Shown here: piece by piece, positions 1 through 10,536 of the stretch
Layout: every line of letters starts with the position of its first letter
Position numbering within the stretch: position 1 is the first letter of the stretch
Source: Bacteroidales bacterium
GTDB taxonomy: Bacteria; Bacteroidota; Bacteroidia; Bacteroidales; GCA-2748055
DNA length: 64,000 nucleotides
Direction of reading: 5' to 3'
NCBI GenBank assembly: GCA_030589895.1
Contig: JAUUZQ010000002.1
Location: 8,850 to 72,849, forward strand
The notes under the pieces: generated by a model
Database searches by the model: none
The model's input: the letters and a program-made list of their open reading frames with translations, nothing else
What the model was told of the DNA's origin: nothing
Translations under genes and position numbers: made by a program

Positions 1-199
1 TTTTGCATATCAGGCTTTGAAGCGGATTGAAGCGACCAGTACCTCGTTGATCATTAGCTCAAAAGGGGTTTGGACACTTCTTTTGGCCTGGTTCTTTCTT
101 GGCGTATTCCCAAATAACTTACAACTGGCAGGTGGATTGCTGACACTGGTAGGAGTATATTTAATAACGCTTAAACTGGCTTCTGATAAGAGAGGATAA
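1..199 (+). CDS. EamA/DMT-family transporter, C-terminal end (gene starts upstream of window)
   Basis: The frame is open from the window edge (FAYQALKRIEATSTSLIISSKGVWTLLLAWFFLGVFPNNLQLAGGLLTLVGVYLI). It has two hydrophobic helices, and the last is glycine-rich as in EamA domains. Confidence 0.5.
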   Translation, partial: FAYQALKRIEATSTSLIISSKGVWTLLLAWFFLGVFPNNLQLAGGLLTLVGVYLITLKLASDKRG

Positions 200-1283
200 A
201 CTCATAATCGGATAGAGACTCAGATTTTCTTCTGTTTTTTCTGAAAGCTCTTTGGTCATTATTTATTTTTGCTATTCGGGAAAGACCGGCATAGGCAATT
301 GCCTGATAGATATCAGCAAATGGTCCGAATTTTTCTGCAGCGCGAATACCCTCTCTATACATTCTCTTAGCTTCATGTATTTTTTTCCGATTATTTTCCA
401 GGATAAATCCTTCCATTACCATAAAAATCATCTGTGAAAAATCATCCTCTTTTCCGGAAATTCGTTCAAGTATGACTGATGCCGTTTCAAATTTATTCTG
501 ATAGAGGAGGATCATCAGGTAATGTCCAATATAATAAGTGTTTTTCGGATAATTATTATACAATATGGCTGCATACTTCAATGCCTCTTCCAAGTTTTTT
601 TCATAGTTAAGCTGAAGAAGAGACATGAATAAAATTGCTTCTACCTTGATATATGTTGTATTGTCAATTGCATACTGCAATTCGATTATTCCTTCTTCTT
701 TGTTTCCCTCCCTGAAAAGAGCTGCTATTGGTTTGTATACAGGATGTAGTTCTACATAGGCCTCAATGTAGTAACTGTACAGTCCGGAGCTAAAATAAAA
801 CTCGTTAAATTTTTCTTTCAGATTAATTCCCTGCATTGTTCGCCTGTAAAGGTTGTCAATGTCTTTGATGACTCTTCCCGGTTTTCCATTGTCTGCCCAA
901 TACATTGCAATAAAAGCTCTTGCGTGCAGGTCAAAAAATACACCTTCAATATCATCAGGGTCTTCTTTTAATAAAAGATTTGCACGTGCAACAGATTCTT
1001 TCATTGACTTGAGGAACTCATCCGAATGAATGCCTTTCGAAGGCAGAGGTAAGTTCTCCCAATAGATAATCAGGGCTTTCAGAAAACTTGGTGCGGGGTG
1101 GCTGGGAAGTGCTTTCTCAATTTCATTGAGCAAGGAATGAGCTTCTGCGAAATTAAATTCATAAGTTGAAGAAAGGCATTTTTCAACTTTTTCCTGAATT
1201 TCCGGATCATCAAGAATATTTTCCTGGGAAAGTCCAATGACAGTCAGAAGTGAGAATAACAGGCTAATGAAACTAAATCGCAT
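171..1283 (-). CDS. secreted TPR-like helical-repeat protein, function unknown
   Basis: The long ORF has its start placed at the internal Met (MRFSFISLLFSLLTVIGLSQE, signal-peptide-like). Composition is helical-repeat, and I can name no catalytic motif. Confidence 0.5.
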   Translation of the reverse strand: MRFSFISLLFSLLTVIGLSQENILDDPEIQEKVEKCLSSTYEFNFAEAHSLLNEIEKALPSHPAPSFLKALIIYWENLPLPSKGIHSDEFLKSMKESVARANLLLKEDPDDIEGVFFDLHARAFIAMYWADNGKPGRVIKDIDNLYRRTMQGINLKEKFNEFYFSSGLYSYYIEAYVELHPVYKPIAALFREGNKEEGIIELQYAIDNTTYIKVEAILFMSLLQLNYEKNLEEALKYAAILYNNYPKNTYYIGHYLMILLYQNKFETASVILERISGKEDDFSQMIFMVMEGFILENNRKKIHEAKRMYREGIRAAEKFGPFADIYQAIAYAGLSRIAKINNDQRAFRKNRRKSESLSDYEFILSYQKPV

Positions 1284-1559
1284 GAAGCAAAGATAATAAC
1301 GGAGGTGAAACAAAAGAAGAAACTGCTTGATTTTTAGGCTGAGGTGATTTGATCTTTGAGAAAAATTTGTTTTTCCCTTCTTCTTTATGCTCCATTTTTG
1401 TTGATGCGCAGAACTAATATTATTCCCTGCTTATCATGTTGTGATGTGGGGTACAGTGTTCTTTTATGTGTTTAGCAGTATTTATCAATTGGAATTCTCT
1501 ATAACATCAAAGAATCCTCTTTTTTTTTCGCAAATTTGTATCTTCTTTATTTTATAAAT

Positions 1560-2129
1560 ATGATTCAGATAGGAGATAAAATTGTAAGCCGGGAGTTGTT
1601 TGATAATCACTTTGTTTGTCATCTTGATAAATGCAAGGGGTTGTGTTGTGTTTATGGAGAAGCAGGTGCGCCCCTCGAAGACGAAGAGACAGCTTTGCTG
1701 GAAGATAATATTGAAAAAATAATTCCTTTTTTGCGCAAAGGAGGAGTAGAAGCTATTGAGGAGAAGGGAACATGGCATTTTGATACTGATGGTGATAAGG
1801 TGACACCACTTATGGGAAAGGATGATTGTGCCTATTCTGTGATCGACAATGGAATTGCCAGGTGTGCCATAGAAACCGCCTATTTTTCTGATGCTATAGA
1901 TTTCAGAAAACCAATTTCCTGTCACCTCTATCCAATTAGAACAAGTAAGATAGGTGCACATATAGCTTTAAATTACCATAAATGGGATGTTTGTAATCCT
2001 GCTCTTAAGCTTGGTGAGGAATATGGAATGCCTGTATTTAGATTTTTGGAAGAGGCAATCACCAGAGCGTTTGGAGAAGAGTTTTACAAAGAGTTGGAAT
2101 TGGTTTATAAAGAATTGAAGAAAAATTAA
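1560..2129 (+). CDS. DUF3109-like cysteine-rich protein
   Basis: MIQIGDKIVSRELFDNHFVCHLDKCKGLCCVYGEAGAPLEDEE matches the N-terminal Cys cluster I recall for the Bacteroidota DUF3109 family. The start is moved to the ATG at 1560. Confidence 0.6.
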   Translation: MIQIGDKIVSRELFDNHFVCHLDKCKGLCCVYGEAGAPLEDEETALLEDNIEKIIPFLRKGGVEAIEEKGTWHFDTDGDKVTPLMGKDDCAYSVIDNGIARCAIETAYFSDAIDFRKPISCHLYPIRTSKIGAHIALNYHKWDVCNPALKLGEEYGMPVFRFLEEAITRAFGEEFYKELELVYKELKKN

Positions 2130-2142
2130 TCAGCATAGATGT

Positions 2143-2202
2143 GATTCATCGTATCTCGATTTATCATGTTTTGATTTATTGTATCTTGATTCACCGTATC
2201 AA
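2143..2202. repeat. 15-nt degenerate tandem repeat x4 (GATTYAYYGTATCTY)
   Basis: The four hand-aligned units are gattcatcgtatctc, gatttatcatgtttt, gatttattgtatctt and gattcaccgtatcaa. They lie between the DUF3109 stop and the M20 start. Confidence 0.75.
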
Positions 2203-2234
2203 GCACATCATAATAATAATTAATATATACAGTA

Positions 2235-3602
2235 ATGGAAAAAATCAAAGATTACATTAAGCAAAACCAGGATAGATTCCTGAAAGAGCTGTTTGAGTTT
2301 ATCAGAATCCCTTCAATCAGTGCCATGGAAGAGCACAATGGAGATATGTTGAAGACAGCTGAATTTATCAAAGGGTCATTGTTACAGGCAGGTGCTGACA
2401 AGGTGGAGATTATGAAAACCAAAGGACATCCTGTCGTTTATGGAGAAAAACTTATTGATGCCAGTTTGCCAACGGTACTTGTTTATGGTCATTATGATGT
2501 TCAACCGGTAGAGCCTTTGGATCTATGGACATCTCCTCCGTTTGAGCCTGAAGTTCGTGATGGTAAAATTTATGCCCGCGGTGCAGATGATGATAAAGGA
2601 CAATTGTTTATGCATGTGAAGGCTTTTGAATTTATGAATGAAACTAATTCATTGCCCTGTAATGTGAAGTTTATGATTGAAGGTGAAGAAGAGGTGGGTT
2701 CGCCAAGCCTGAAAGAGTTTTGCAAAGAGAACAAGGATCTATTGAAAGCAGATGTGATCCTGATTTCTGATACAACTATGATTTCACTTGATATTCCTTC
2801 TATAACAACTGGATTGCGTGGATTGAGCTATCTTGAAGTTGAGGTGACGGGGCCGAATCGTGATCTTCATTCCGGCCTTTATGGTGGTGCAGTAGCCAAT
2901 CCTATCAATGTGCTGTCGGAGATGATCTCTTCTTTAACAGATGAAAATAATCGCATTACTATCCCCGGATTTTATGATGATGTGATTGAGGTAAGCAAAG
3001 AAGAAAGAGCTGAGATGGCCAAGGCACCTTTTAACCTGGAAGAATATCAGACGGCCATCGATATTAAATCTGTTGCAGGTGAGGCAGGATATTCGACATC
3101 AGAACGTACTGGTATCAGACCATGCTTGGATGTATGTGGAATATGGGGAGGCTATACAGGAGAAGGAGCAAAGACTGTTCTTCCATCCAGGGCTTATGCA
3201 AAAATATCCATGCGACTGGTTCCTAACCAGGAATCACCCAAGGTTGATGAGTTATTTGAAAACTACTTTAAATCACTTGCACCAGAAGGAGTCAAAGTAA
3301 AAGTTACCAGTTTGCACGGCGGTCAGGGATATGTATCCCCAATTGATACAGTAGCATACCAGGCAGCAAGCAAGGCTGTTGAAGAGACCTTGGGAAAAAA
3401 ACCCGTTCCATTTAGAAGTGGAGGAAGTATTCCAATCGTTTCTGATTTTGAAGAGGTTCTTGGGATAAAATCAATTCTATTGGGATTTGGTCTGGAGTCG
3501 GATGCGATTCACTCACCAAATGAGAATTATCCGCTGGATAATTTTTACAAGGGAATTGAAACTATTCCTTATTTCTACAAGTACTTTGTGGAGCTAAAAT
3601 AA
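2235..3602 (+). CDS. M20-family dipeptidase / metallopeptidase
   Basis: The 455-aa product has HYDVQP, a GADDDKGQ metal-ligand motif and EGEEEVGS, the typical M20 (ArgE/DapE/PepV-like) signature. Confidence 0.8.
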   Translation: MEKIKDYIKQNQDRFLKELFEFIRIPSISAMEEHNGDMLKTAEFIKGSLLQAGADKVEIMKTKGHPVVYGEKLIDASLPTVLVYGHYDVQPVEPLDLWTSPPFEPEVRDGKIYARGADDDKGQLFMHVKAFEFMNETNSLPCNVKFMIEGEEEVGSPSLKEFCKENKDLLKADVILISDTTMISLDIPSITTGLRGLSYLEVEVTGPNRDLHSGLYGGAVANPINVLSEMISSLTDENNRITIPGFYDDVIEVSKEERAEMAKAPFNLEEYQTAIDIKSVAGEAGYSTSERTGIRPCLDVCGIWGGYTGEGAKTVLPSRAYAKISMRLVPNQESPKVDELFENYFKSLAPEGVKVKVTSLHGGQGYVSPIDTVAYQAASKAVEETLGKKPVPFRSGGSIPIVSDFEEVLGIKSILLGFGLESDAIHSPNENYPLDNFYKGIETIPYFYKYFVELK

Positions 3603-3628
3603 GGGAGGATTTTACGCGGAATTTATTC

Positions 3629-3680
3629 AACCGCGAATGCACGAATGGTTTATTATTCGTGCGTTCGCGGTTTTTCTTTT
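3629..3680 (+). terminator. rho-independent terminator of the M20 gene
   Basis: An 18-bp stem (aaccgcgaatgcacgaat / attcgtgcgttcgcggtt, one G-U pair) with an 8-nt loop is followed by tttttctttt. Confidence 0.75.
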
Positions 3681-3812
3681 GCTAACAACTATTCTTAAGA
3701 TGAAATATTAATATATTTTACAATAGTATATTGTTTCAGGGGTACTCTATTTAGAATTAATAAAAAAATACAAGTACATATAAAAAATAGGGGGTAATAT
3801 GAAAAAAGAACA

Positions 3813-3820
3813 TATATTTG
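3813..3820 (+). promoter_or_regulatory. Bacteroidota -7 box (TAnnTTTG) upstream of the glutamine synthetase gene
   Basis: tatatttg lies 38 nt upstream of the ATG at 3858. Confidence 0.35.
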
Positions 3821-3857
3821 TCGCTTAATCGTATTTAGTTAATAAAAACATCAAAAA

Positions 3858-6044
3858 ATGGCAGTTATTAGGTTTACAGCTCTCGAAAAGGTATACGACA
3901 GGAAGCCAATTCATGTTACTCCACCTTCAAAAAAAGTATCAGATTACTTTGGTGAAAACGTATTTGATGAGGTCAAGATGCAGAAATTTCTTTCGAAGGA
4001 TGCATATACACATGTAAAGGATTCGGTACTCAAGGGAACTCCAATTGACAGAAAGATGGCTGATGGAGTTGCAACAGGGATGAAAGCCTGGGCTATGGAG
4101 CGTGGTGCCACACATTATACTCACTGGTTTCAACCTCTCACTGGTGGTACGGCTGAAAAGCATGATGCATTTATGGAGGAGGGCGAATATGGAAATGTTG
4201 TTGAAGCATTTTCGGGTAAAGCGCTAGCACAGCAGGAGCCTGATGCTTCTTCATTTCCGAGTGGAGGATTAAGAAATACTTTTGAGGCACGTGGATATAC
4301 TGCATGGGATCCCTCTTCGCCGGCTTTTGTTATTGGGAATACATTAAGTATTCCAACTGTATTTATCTCTTATACAGGTGAAGCACTGGACCATAAAACT
4401 CCATTGTTAAAAGCGTTGAACAATGTAGATAAAGCAGCTACTGAAGTTTGTCAGTATTTTGACAAGAACGTTACCAGGGTAAAGTCAAATCTGGGATGGG
4501 AACAGGAATATTTTCTGATTGATGAAGCATTGTATTATGCACGTCCTGATTTAGCGCTGACAGGTCGGACGCTGATGGGCCATGCATCAGCAAAGGATCA
4601 GCAGTTGGATGACCACTATTTTAGCTCTATCCCTGAACGTGTGGGTGCATTTATGAATGAACTTGAATATGAAGCATATAAATTAGGAATTCCGGTAAAA
4701 ACAAGACACAATGAGGTGGCACCTAATCAGTATGAACTTGCTCCTGTATTTGCTGAGTGCAATCTGGCAGTGGATCATAATCTATTGCTGATGGAATTAA
4801 TGAAGAAGGTATCCCGTCATCATGGATTCAGAGTATTATTCCATGAAAAACCTTTTAAAGGTATAAATGGTACGGGTAAACATAACAACTGGTCATTGTC
4901 TACTGATACGGGTGTTATTCTTCATGCTCCAGGTAAGAACCCTAAATCGAATCTGCAATTTTTAACTTTCGTTGTGAACTCAATTAAGGCAGTGTACGAC
5001 AATCAGGATTTGATGAGAGCCAGTATTCTTACTGCAACAAATACACATCGATTAGGAGCCAATGAAGCACCACCTGCAATACTTTCATGTTTCCTCGGAG
5101 CTGAGGTTACAAAGATGCTTGATCAGTTGGAGGAGCAAGTTACCGATAGGAAGATGACACCTGACGAGAAAACTGAATTAAAACTGGATATTGGAAAAAT
5201 ACCTGAAATTTTGTTGGATAATACTGACAGGAACAGGACTTCTCCATTTGCTTTTACGGGTAACAGATTTGAGTTCAGAGCAGTTGGAGGGCTTGCGAAT
5301 TGTGCAGTTCCTATGGCAGTCCTTAATACAGCAATGGCTAAGCAGTTGAAAGAGTTTAAAGTGGATGTTGATAGTCTCATTGATAAAGGAGTGAAAAAGG
5401 ACGAAGCAATATTTCAGATTCTGAGAAACTATATTAAAGCTTCAAAACCAATCAGATTTGAAGGAGATAACTATAGTGAGGACTGGGTGAAGGAAGCGAA
5501 AAAGCGTGGTTTGACTAATATAACTGATGTTCCTGAAGCAATTAGTGCATATAATAGCAAGAGTTCAAAGGAATTGTTCTTTTCAGAAAATATATTTGGG
5601 GAAAAGGAACTTGATGGAAGAGTGGAAGTAATGTATGAAAACTATATTATGAAAATTCAGATAGAAGCACGTGTTCTTGGGGATATGGCAATTAACCATA
5701 TTGTACCAACAGCTGTGAAATACCAAAATGTTTTGATGGATAACGTTCTTAGATTAAAGGAGTTGTATGGGGATGAATATAAAGCCCTTGCAGGAAATCG
5801 AATTGAGTTGATCAGAGAGATTTCAACACATGTGACTCAGATAAAAAACATGGTGAATGAAATGGTTGAGGAGCGGAAAATTGCAAATGTGATCGAAAAT
5901 ATTGAGAAGAAATCTCATGCCTATTCTAAAAAAGTATTTCCATATCTTGAAAAGATCAGGATACATATTGATAAACTTGAGCTTATTGTTGATGATGAGA
6001 TGTGGCCATTGCCGAAATACAGAGAATTGCTATTTAGCAGCTAG
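3858..6044 (+). CDS. glnN: glutamine synthetase type III
   Basis: At 728 aa, the length and N-terminus (FGENVFD...MKAWAMERGATHYTHWFQPLTG) and the core (NEVAPNQYELAP, NGTGKHNNWS) are characteristic of GSIII of Bacteroides type. Confidence 0.85.
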   Translation: MAVIRFTALEKVYDRKPIHVTPPSKKVSDYFGENVFDEVKMQKFLSKDAYTHVKDSVLKGTPIDRKMADGVATGMKAWAMERGATHYTHWFQPLTGGTAEKHDAFMEEGEYGNVVEAFSGKALAQQEPDASSFPSGGLRNTFEARGYTAWDPSSPAFVIGNTLSIPTVFISYTGEALDHKTPLLKALNNVDKAATEVCQYFDKNVTRVKSNLGWEQEYFLIDEALYYARPDLALTGRTLMGHASAKDQQLDDHYFSSIPERVGAFMNELEYEAYKLGIPVKTRHNEVAPNQYELAPVFAECNLAVDHNLLLMELMKKVSRHHGFRVLFHEKPFKGINGTGKHNNWSLSTDTGVILHAPGKNPKSNLQFLTFVVNSIKAVYDNQDLMRASILTATNTHRLGANEAPPAILSCFLGAEVTKMLDQLEEQVTDRKMTPDEKTELKLDIGKIPEILLDNTDRNRTSPFAFTGNRFEFRAVGGLANCAVPMAVLNTAMAKQLKEFKVDVDSLIDKGVKKDEAIFQILRNYIKASKPIRFEGDNYSEDWVKEAKKRGLTNITDVPEAISAYNSKSSKELFFSENIFGEKELDGRVEVMYENYIMKIQIEARVLGDMAINHIVPTAVKYQNVLMDNVLRLKELYGDEYKALAGNRIELIREISTHVTQIKNMVNEMVEERKIANVIENIEKKSHAYSKKVFPYLEKIRIHIDKLELIVDDEMWPLPKYRELLFSS

Positions 6045-6093
6045 CCCTCACCGAAGGTAATAAAGCAGCTAGAATACAGTAAATATTTTATTG

Positions 6094-6128
6094 AAAACCT
6101 CCTTTTTATCAGGAGGTTTTCTTTTTTT
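6094..6128 (+). terminator. rho-independent terminator of glnN
   Basis: A 10-bp stem (aaaacctcct / aggaggtttt) with a 7-nt loop is followed by a T-tract. Confidence 0.75.
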
Positions 6129-6229
6129 AGCTTGTTGCATATTAAGAATGAATAATTCACCGTTTTATTATATTAGAAAAAGAAGTAAATTTAGAACTTA
6201 GAAGTATATTATTGTCAGTACAGAACATT

Positions 6230-8209
6230 ATGAAGAAAAGTATCCTGTTTCTAATTGTTTCTCTCCTTTTTGTAATTTGTCAACCTGTTGATGCTCAGCG
6301 GAAGGAGAAAGATCTTAAGGCGAATTCTGCTTACGAAGCAGGCGAGTATTATTTGGCGATTGACTTGTATAAGAAGGCCTATAACAAGGTTTCAGAAAAG
6401 ACTAAAAAAGCAGAAATTGTCTATAAAATTGCAGAGTGTTATCGTATTACAGGTGACTCCAGACAAGCTGTACTGTGGTATAAGAAGTCCCTACAGCTAG
6501 ATTACCAGAATCCTGCACTTTATTTAAGGTATGGGCAGGTTAGTTTGAAGAATAAGAAATATGAGAATTCGAAGGAGCAATATGAAAAATATGTGGAGTT
6601 AGTACCTGACGATCCCCGTGGTGCCTGGGGTATTGAATCTGTAAGAATTGCTGAAGACTGGATGGATAATCCTACGGGTTATATTGTGGAAAATATGCGT
6701 TATTTTAATTCATATCAGAGGGATTGGAATCCTGCATATTCCAATGAAGATTTCATTGAGGTGTTATTTACTTCTACAAGAGAAGATGCTAAGGGCAGTT
6801 CAACACATGGAGCTACAGGACAAAGTTTTGCAGATATTTTTTCATCAGGAATGGATAGGAAGGGAAAGTGGAGCGTACCTGTACCGGTAGAAAGTTTAAA
6901 TTCGGAATTTGAAGATGGCTCACCAAATCTTTCAAGTGATTTTTCAACGCTCTATATAACAAGATGCAACCAGGGAAAAAACCAACAACTTGCCTGTCAG
7001 ATATATGTATCTAAGCGAAGTGGACTGGAATGGGGAGAGCCTGAAGCATTGGATATTAATGGAGATAGTGTTACTGCAGCTCATCCAGCTATATCAGCTG
7101 ATGATTTAACACTCTATTTTGTTTCAGATATGCCGGGAGGTATTGGGGAGAATGATATTTGGCTTATTACCCGTGAGAGTTCATCCGGTGAATGGGGCGA
7201 ACCTCAAAATATGGGAGAAGAGATAAATACACCCGGGAATGAATTGTTTCCATTTTCTCATGCAGATGGCACATTATATTTTAGTTCTGATAGTCGTGTA
7301 GGGATGGGTGGTCTCGATATTTTCAAAGCAAACCTGGATGAAACGGACACCTGGATTGTTGAGAATATGAAAGCACCAATTAACTCCAATGAAGATGATT
7401 TTTCAATTGTTTTTGAAGCAGAGATGGAACGTGGCTTCTTCAGCTCAGGACGAAAAGGACGCGGGAATGATGATATTTACTCTTTTGTACTGCCTCCTCT
7501 TGAGTTTTCTGTAAATGGTGTTGTGAGAGACGATAGAACAGATGCTTTGCTAATTGGATCGAAAGTTACCTCTGTTGGAAGTGATGGTATCACAATTGAG
7601 TCGACTACAAATAGTGAAGGATCATTTAGGTTTATGTTGAAACCAAGTACAGATTATGTATTTATTGCAGGCAAAGAAGGATACCTGAAGGGGAAGGAGC
7701 GAGAATCAACAAAGGGATTGGATAAGAGCAAAAACATTAGAGTTACGATTTATCTGGCTTCTATTGAGCAGGTCATTGATCTGCCAAATATATTTTATGA
7801 CTTTGCAAAATGGGATCTGCGTCCGGAATCTATGGTGTCTCTCGATAATCTTGTCGAAACACTAAATGACAATCCAAATGTTACCATTGAGTTGATGTCC
7901 CATACAGATTCGAGGGGTACTCCTGCTGACAATGAATTGTTGTCTCAGCAACGCGCTCAGTCAGTTGTAGATTATCTGATTTCCAAGGGTATTGCATCAG
8001 ATCGACTGCAAGCCAAGGGTTATGGCGAATCTCAGCCCAAAGTTGTTGACGATAAGATTAAAGCACAATACAAGTTCCTGAAACTGGATGATATCCTGGC
8101 CGAGAGTTACATAAATCTCCTCCCTGTGGAGCAACAGGAACATGCACATCAGATTAATCGGAGGACTGAATTCAGAGTGCTTTCAACAGATTATATTCCT
8201 GCAGATTAG
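6230..8209 (+). CDS. OmpA-family outer-membrane protein with TPR, PD40/TolB-like repeats and a C-terminal OmpA domain
   Basis: A signal peptide is followed by TPR-like YYLAIDLYKKAY and repeated WS.P..l.s..n....e..P..S.D...LYF units. The C-terminus has the OmpA peptidoglycan-binding motif (FDFAKWDLRPES...HTDSRGT...NELLSQQRAQSVVDYL...NRRTEF). Confidence 0.8.
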   Translation: MKKSILFLIVSLLFVICQPVDAQRKEKDLKANSAYEAGEYYLAIDLYKKAYNKVSEKTKKAEIVYKIAECYRITGDSRQAVLWYKKSLQLDYQNPALYLRYGQVSLKNKKYENSKEQYEKYVELVPDDPRGAWGIESVRIAEDWMDNPTGYIVENMRYFNSYQRDWNPAYSNEDFIEVLFTSTREDAKGSSTHGATGQSFADIFSSGMDRKGKWSVPVPVESLNSEFEDGSPNLSSDFSTLYITRCNQGKNQQLACQIYVSKRSGLEWGEPEALDINGDSVTAAHPAISADDLTLYFVSDMPGGIGENDIWLITRESSSGEWGEPQNMGEEINTPGNELFPFSHADGTLYFSSDSRVGMGGLDIFKANLDETDTWIVENMKAPINSNEDDFSIVFEAEMERGFFSSGRKGRGNDDIYSFVLPPLEFSVNGVVRDDRTDALLIGSKVTSVGSDGITIESTTNSEGSFRFMLKPSTDYVFIAGKEGYLKGKERESTKGLDKSKNIRVTIYLASIEQVIDLPNIFYDFAKWDLRPESMVSLDNLVETLNDNPNVTIELMSHTDSRGTPADNELLSQQRAQSVVDYLISKGIASDRLQAKGYGESQPKVVDDKIKAQYKFLKLDDILAESYINLLPVEQQEHAHQINRRTEFRVLSTDYIPAD

Positions 8210-8255
8210 TGACGTTTATTTTGTACTTTCGCATCTTAATACAGAGAAGTATCCA

Positions 8256-9422
8256 ATGAGTCCATCTTCCCGATATCAAGCCCGTGGTGTGTCAGCCTCA
8301 AAAGAGGATGTTCATAAGGCAATAAAAGATATCGATAAGGGTCTGTTCCCCAATGCATTTTGTAAGGTAATACCTGATGTGTTGACCAATGATCCGGAAT
8401 TTTGCCTTGTTATGCATGCTGATGGAGCAGGAACAAAATCCTCACTTGCATATCAATATTGGAAGGAGACAGGAGACCTGTCGGTATGGAAAGGAATAGC
8501 ACAGGATGCAATCGTAATGAATATTGACGATCTCCTGTGCGTGGGAATTTATGATAATATTGTACTCAGCTCTACAATTGGAAGAAATAAGCTCAAAATT
8601 CCAGGAGAGGTAATTTCTGCTATAATAAATGGAACAGAAGAGATATTAGAGGATTTGAGAGGACTTGGAATAGAGATATATTCAAGTGGGGGAGAGACTG
8701 CTGATGTTGGAGATCTGGTGAGAACTATCATTGTTGATTCAACAGTTACAGCCAGAGCCAAAAGAAAAGATATTATTGAAAATAGAATAAAACCCGGAAA
8801 TGTGATTGTTGGATTGGCTTCATTTGGACAAGCCACATATGAGACATCATATAACGGAGGGATGGGAAGTAATGGCTTAACTTCAGCCCGTCATGATGTG
8901 TTCGCACATTACCTGGCTAAAAAATATCCTGAAGCCTTTGACGATGAGGTGCCTGATGAGCTTGTTTACTCAGGTTCATATGCGCTTACACAAGAGATTG
9001 AAAATCTCGGGATTGATGCAGGTAAATTGGTGCTGTCTCCCACTAGAACCTATGCGCCGGTCATAAAGGATATTCTTGCTGGTTTCAGGGATAAGATTGA
9101 TGGAATGATTCATTGTTCGGGTGGAGCACAGACGAAGGTGCTACATTTTGTTGAGAAGGTACATGTTGTTAAAGACAATCTGTTTGATGTTCCTCCGCTA
9201 TTCAAAATTATTCAGAAAGAATCAGGGACTGAATGGAAGGAGATGTACCAGGTTTTTAATATGGGTCACAGGTTCGAGATTTATACTGATGAAAAGACTG
9301 CTTCTGAGATTATTGCTATCTCGGAGGCTTATAATATTGATGCGAAAATTGTAGGTCATTGTCTTGGATTAGACGAGAAGAAACTAACAATTAAGAGCGA
9401 GTTTGGAGAGTTTGTTTATTAA
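8256..9422 (+). CDS. purM: AIR synthase-related protein (phosphoribosylformylglycinamidine cyclo-ligase-like)
   Basis: MSPSSRYQARGVSASKEDVHKAIK...HADGAGTKS matches a PurM-type N-terminus plus a PurM C-terminal domain. The start is moved to the ATG at 8256 so it does not overlap the OmpA gene. Confidence 0.7.
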   Translation: MSPSSRYQARGVSASKEDVHKAIKDIDKGLFPNAFCKVIPDVLTNDPEFCLVMHADGAGTKSSLAYQYWKETGDLSVWKGIAQDAIVMNIDDLLCVGIYDNIVLSSTIGRNKLKIPGEVISAIINGTEEILEDLRGLGIEIYSSGGETADVGDLVRTIIVDSTVTARAKRKDIIENRIKPGNVIVGLASFGQATYETSYNGGMGSNGLTSARHDVFAHYLAKKYPEAFDDEVPDELVYSGSYALTQEIENLGIDAGKLVLSPTRTYAPVIKDILAGFRDKIDGMIHCSGGAQTKVLHFVEKVHVVKDNLFDVPPLFKIIQKESGTEWKEMYQVFNMGHRFEIYTDEKTASEIIAISEAYNIDAKIVGHCLGLDEKKLTIKSEFGEFVY

Positions 9423-9433
9423 GTTGAAACATC

Positions 9434-10525
9434 ATGAGTGAAAATATAATATTATCAAGGTTGGAAGGTGTTGCTGGTAGATTTGAAGAGGTTGGCAACC
9501 TAATCTCTGATCCGAATGTTATTGCTGATATGAAGCGATATGTGAAGTTAAGTAAGGAATACAAGCAGCTTGAGCCTGTTGTTGAAGCTTATAAGAATTA
9601 TAAGAATCTACTAAGCAATATTAAGGATGCGAAATTGATGATCTCAGAGGAGAAGGATGAGGAGATGAAGGAGATGGCTAAAATGGAGCTTGACGAGTTG
9701 ACGCGGCAGCAGGGCCCAATGGAGTCGAAGATCAAGGTCTTATTAATTCCTGATGATCCTGAGGATGACAAGAATGCAATTGTCGAAATCCGGGCAGGAA
9801 CAGGAGGAGACGAAGCCAGTATTTTTGCCGGTGATCTGTACAGGATGTATACAAAATTTATTGAAAACAAGGGATGGAAGCTTTCAACTACCAGCTTTAC
9901 AGAAGGAACCGTTGGTGGATACAAGGAAATTATTCTTTCTGTAACGGGATCGGGTGTATATGGTGTCATGAAATATGAGTCAGGGGTACACCGTGTTCAG
10001 CGTGTTCCACAAACTGAAACACAGGGTCGTGTACACACATCTGCAGCTACCGTAGCTATTCTCCCGGAAGCTGATGATTTTGAAATAGAGTTGAACCCGG
10101 CAGATATCAGGAAAGATACTTATTGTGCCTCCGGACCTGGTGGACAATCGGTAAATACAACATATTCTGCAATTCGTCTTACGCATGTTCCATCAGGAAT
10201 AGTAGTTACCTGTCAGGATGAGAAATCTCAATTAAAGAATCTTGACAAAGCGATGAAGGAGTTGAGATCGAGGCTCTATAATCTTGAATATCAAAAACAC
10301 CTGGATGAAATTTCGAGCAAGAGAAAAACAATGGTCTCCTCGGGTGACAGGTCAGCAAAAATTCGCACATATAACTATCCCCAGGGTAGAATGACAGATC
10401 ACAGAATAAATTTAACCATGTATAATCTTGGTCCGATCATGGATGGTGATATCGGAGAAATTATTGATAAGCTCCAGATGGCAGAAAATGCTGAAAGAAT
10501 GAAGGAGAGTGGTATAGGGGCATAA
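9434..10525 (+). CDS. prfA: peptide chain release factor 1
   Basis: It has the GGQ motif ([11 protein letters not shown]) and an RF1-type tripeptide region ([17 protein letters not shown]). It starts 12 nt after purM. Confidence 0.9.
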   Translation: MSENIILSRLEGVAGRFEEVGNLISDPNVIADMKRYVKLSKEYKQLEPVVEAYKNYKNLLSNIKDAKLMISEEKDEEMKEMAKMELDELTRQQGPMESKIKVLLIPDDPEDDKNAIVEIRAGTGGDEASIFAGDLYRMYTKFIENKGWKLSTTSFTEGTVGGYKEIILSVTGSGVYGVMKYESGVHRVQRVPQTETQGRVHTSAATVAILPEADDFEIELNPADIRKDTYCASGPGGQSVNTTYSAIRLTHVPSGIVVTCQDEKSQLKNLDKAMKELRSRLYNLEYQKHLDEISSKRKTMVSSGDRSAKIRTYNYPQGRMTDHRINLTMYNLGPIMDGDIGEIIDKLQMAENAERMKESGIGA

Positions 10526-10536
10526 TTTAATTGCTT

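Noticed and set aside
8142-8255. N-terminal extension of the purM-like ORF overlapping the OmpA gene by 68 nt
   Set aside because: The extension has no PurM similarity. The conserved N-terminus (MSPSSRYQARGVSASKEDVH) starts at the ATG at 8256.
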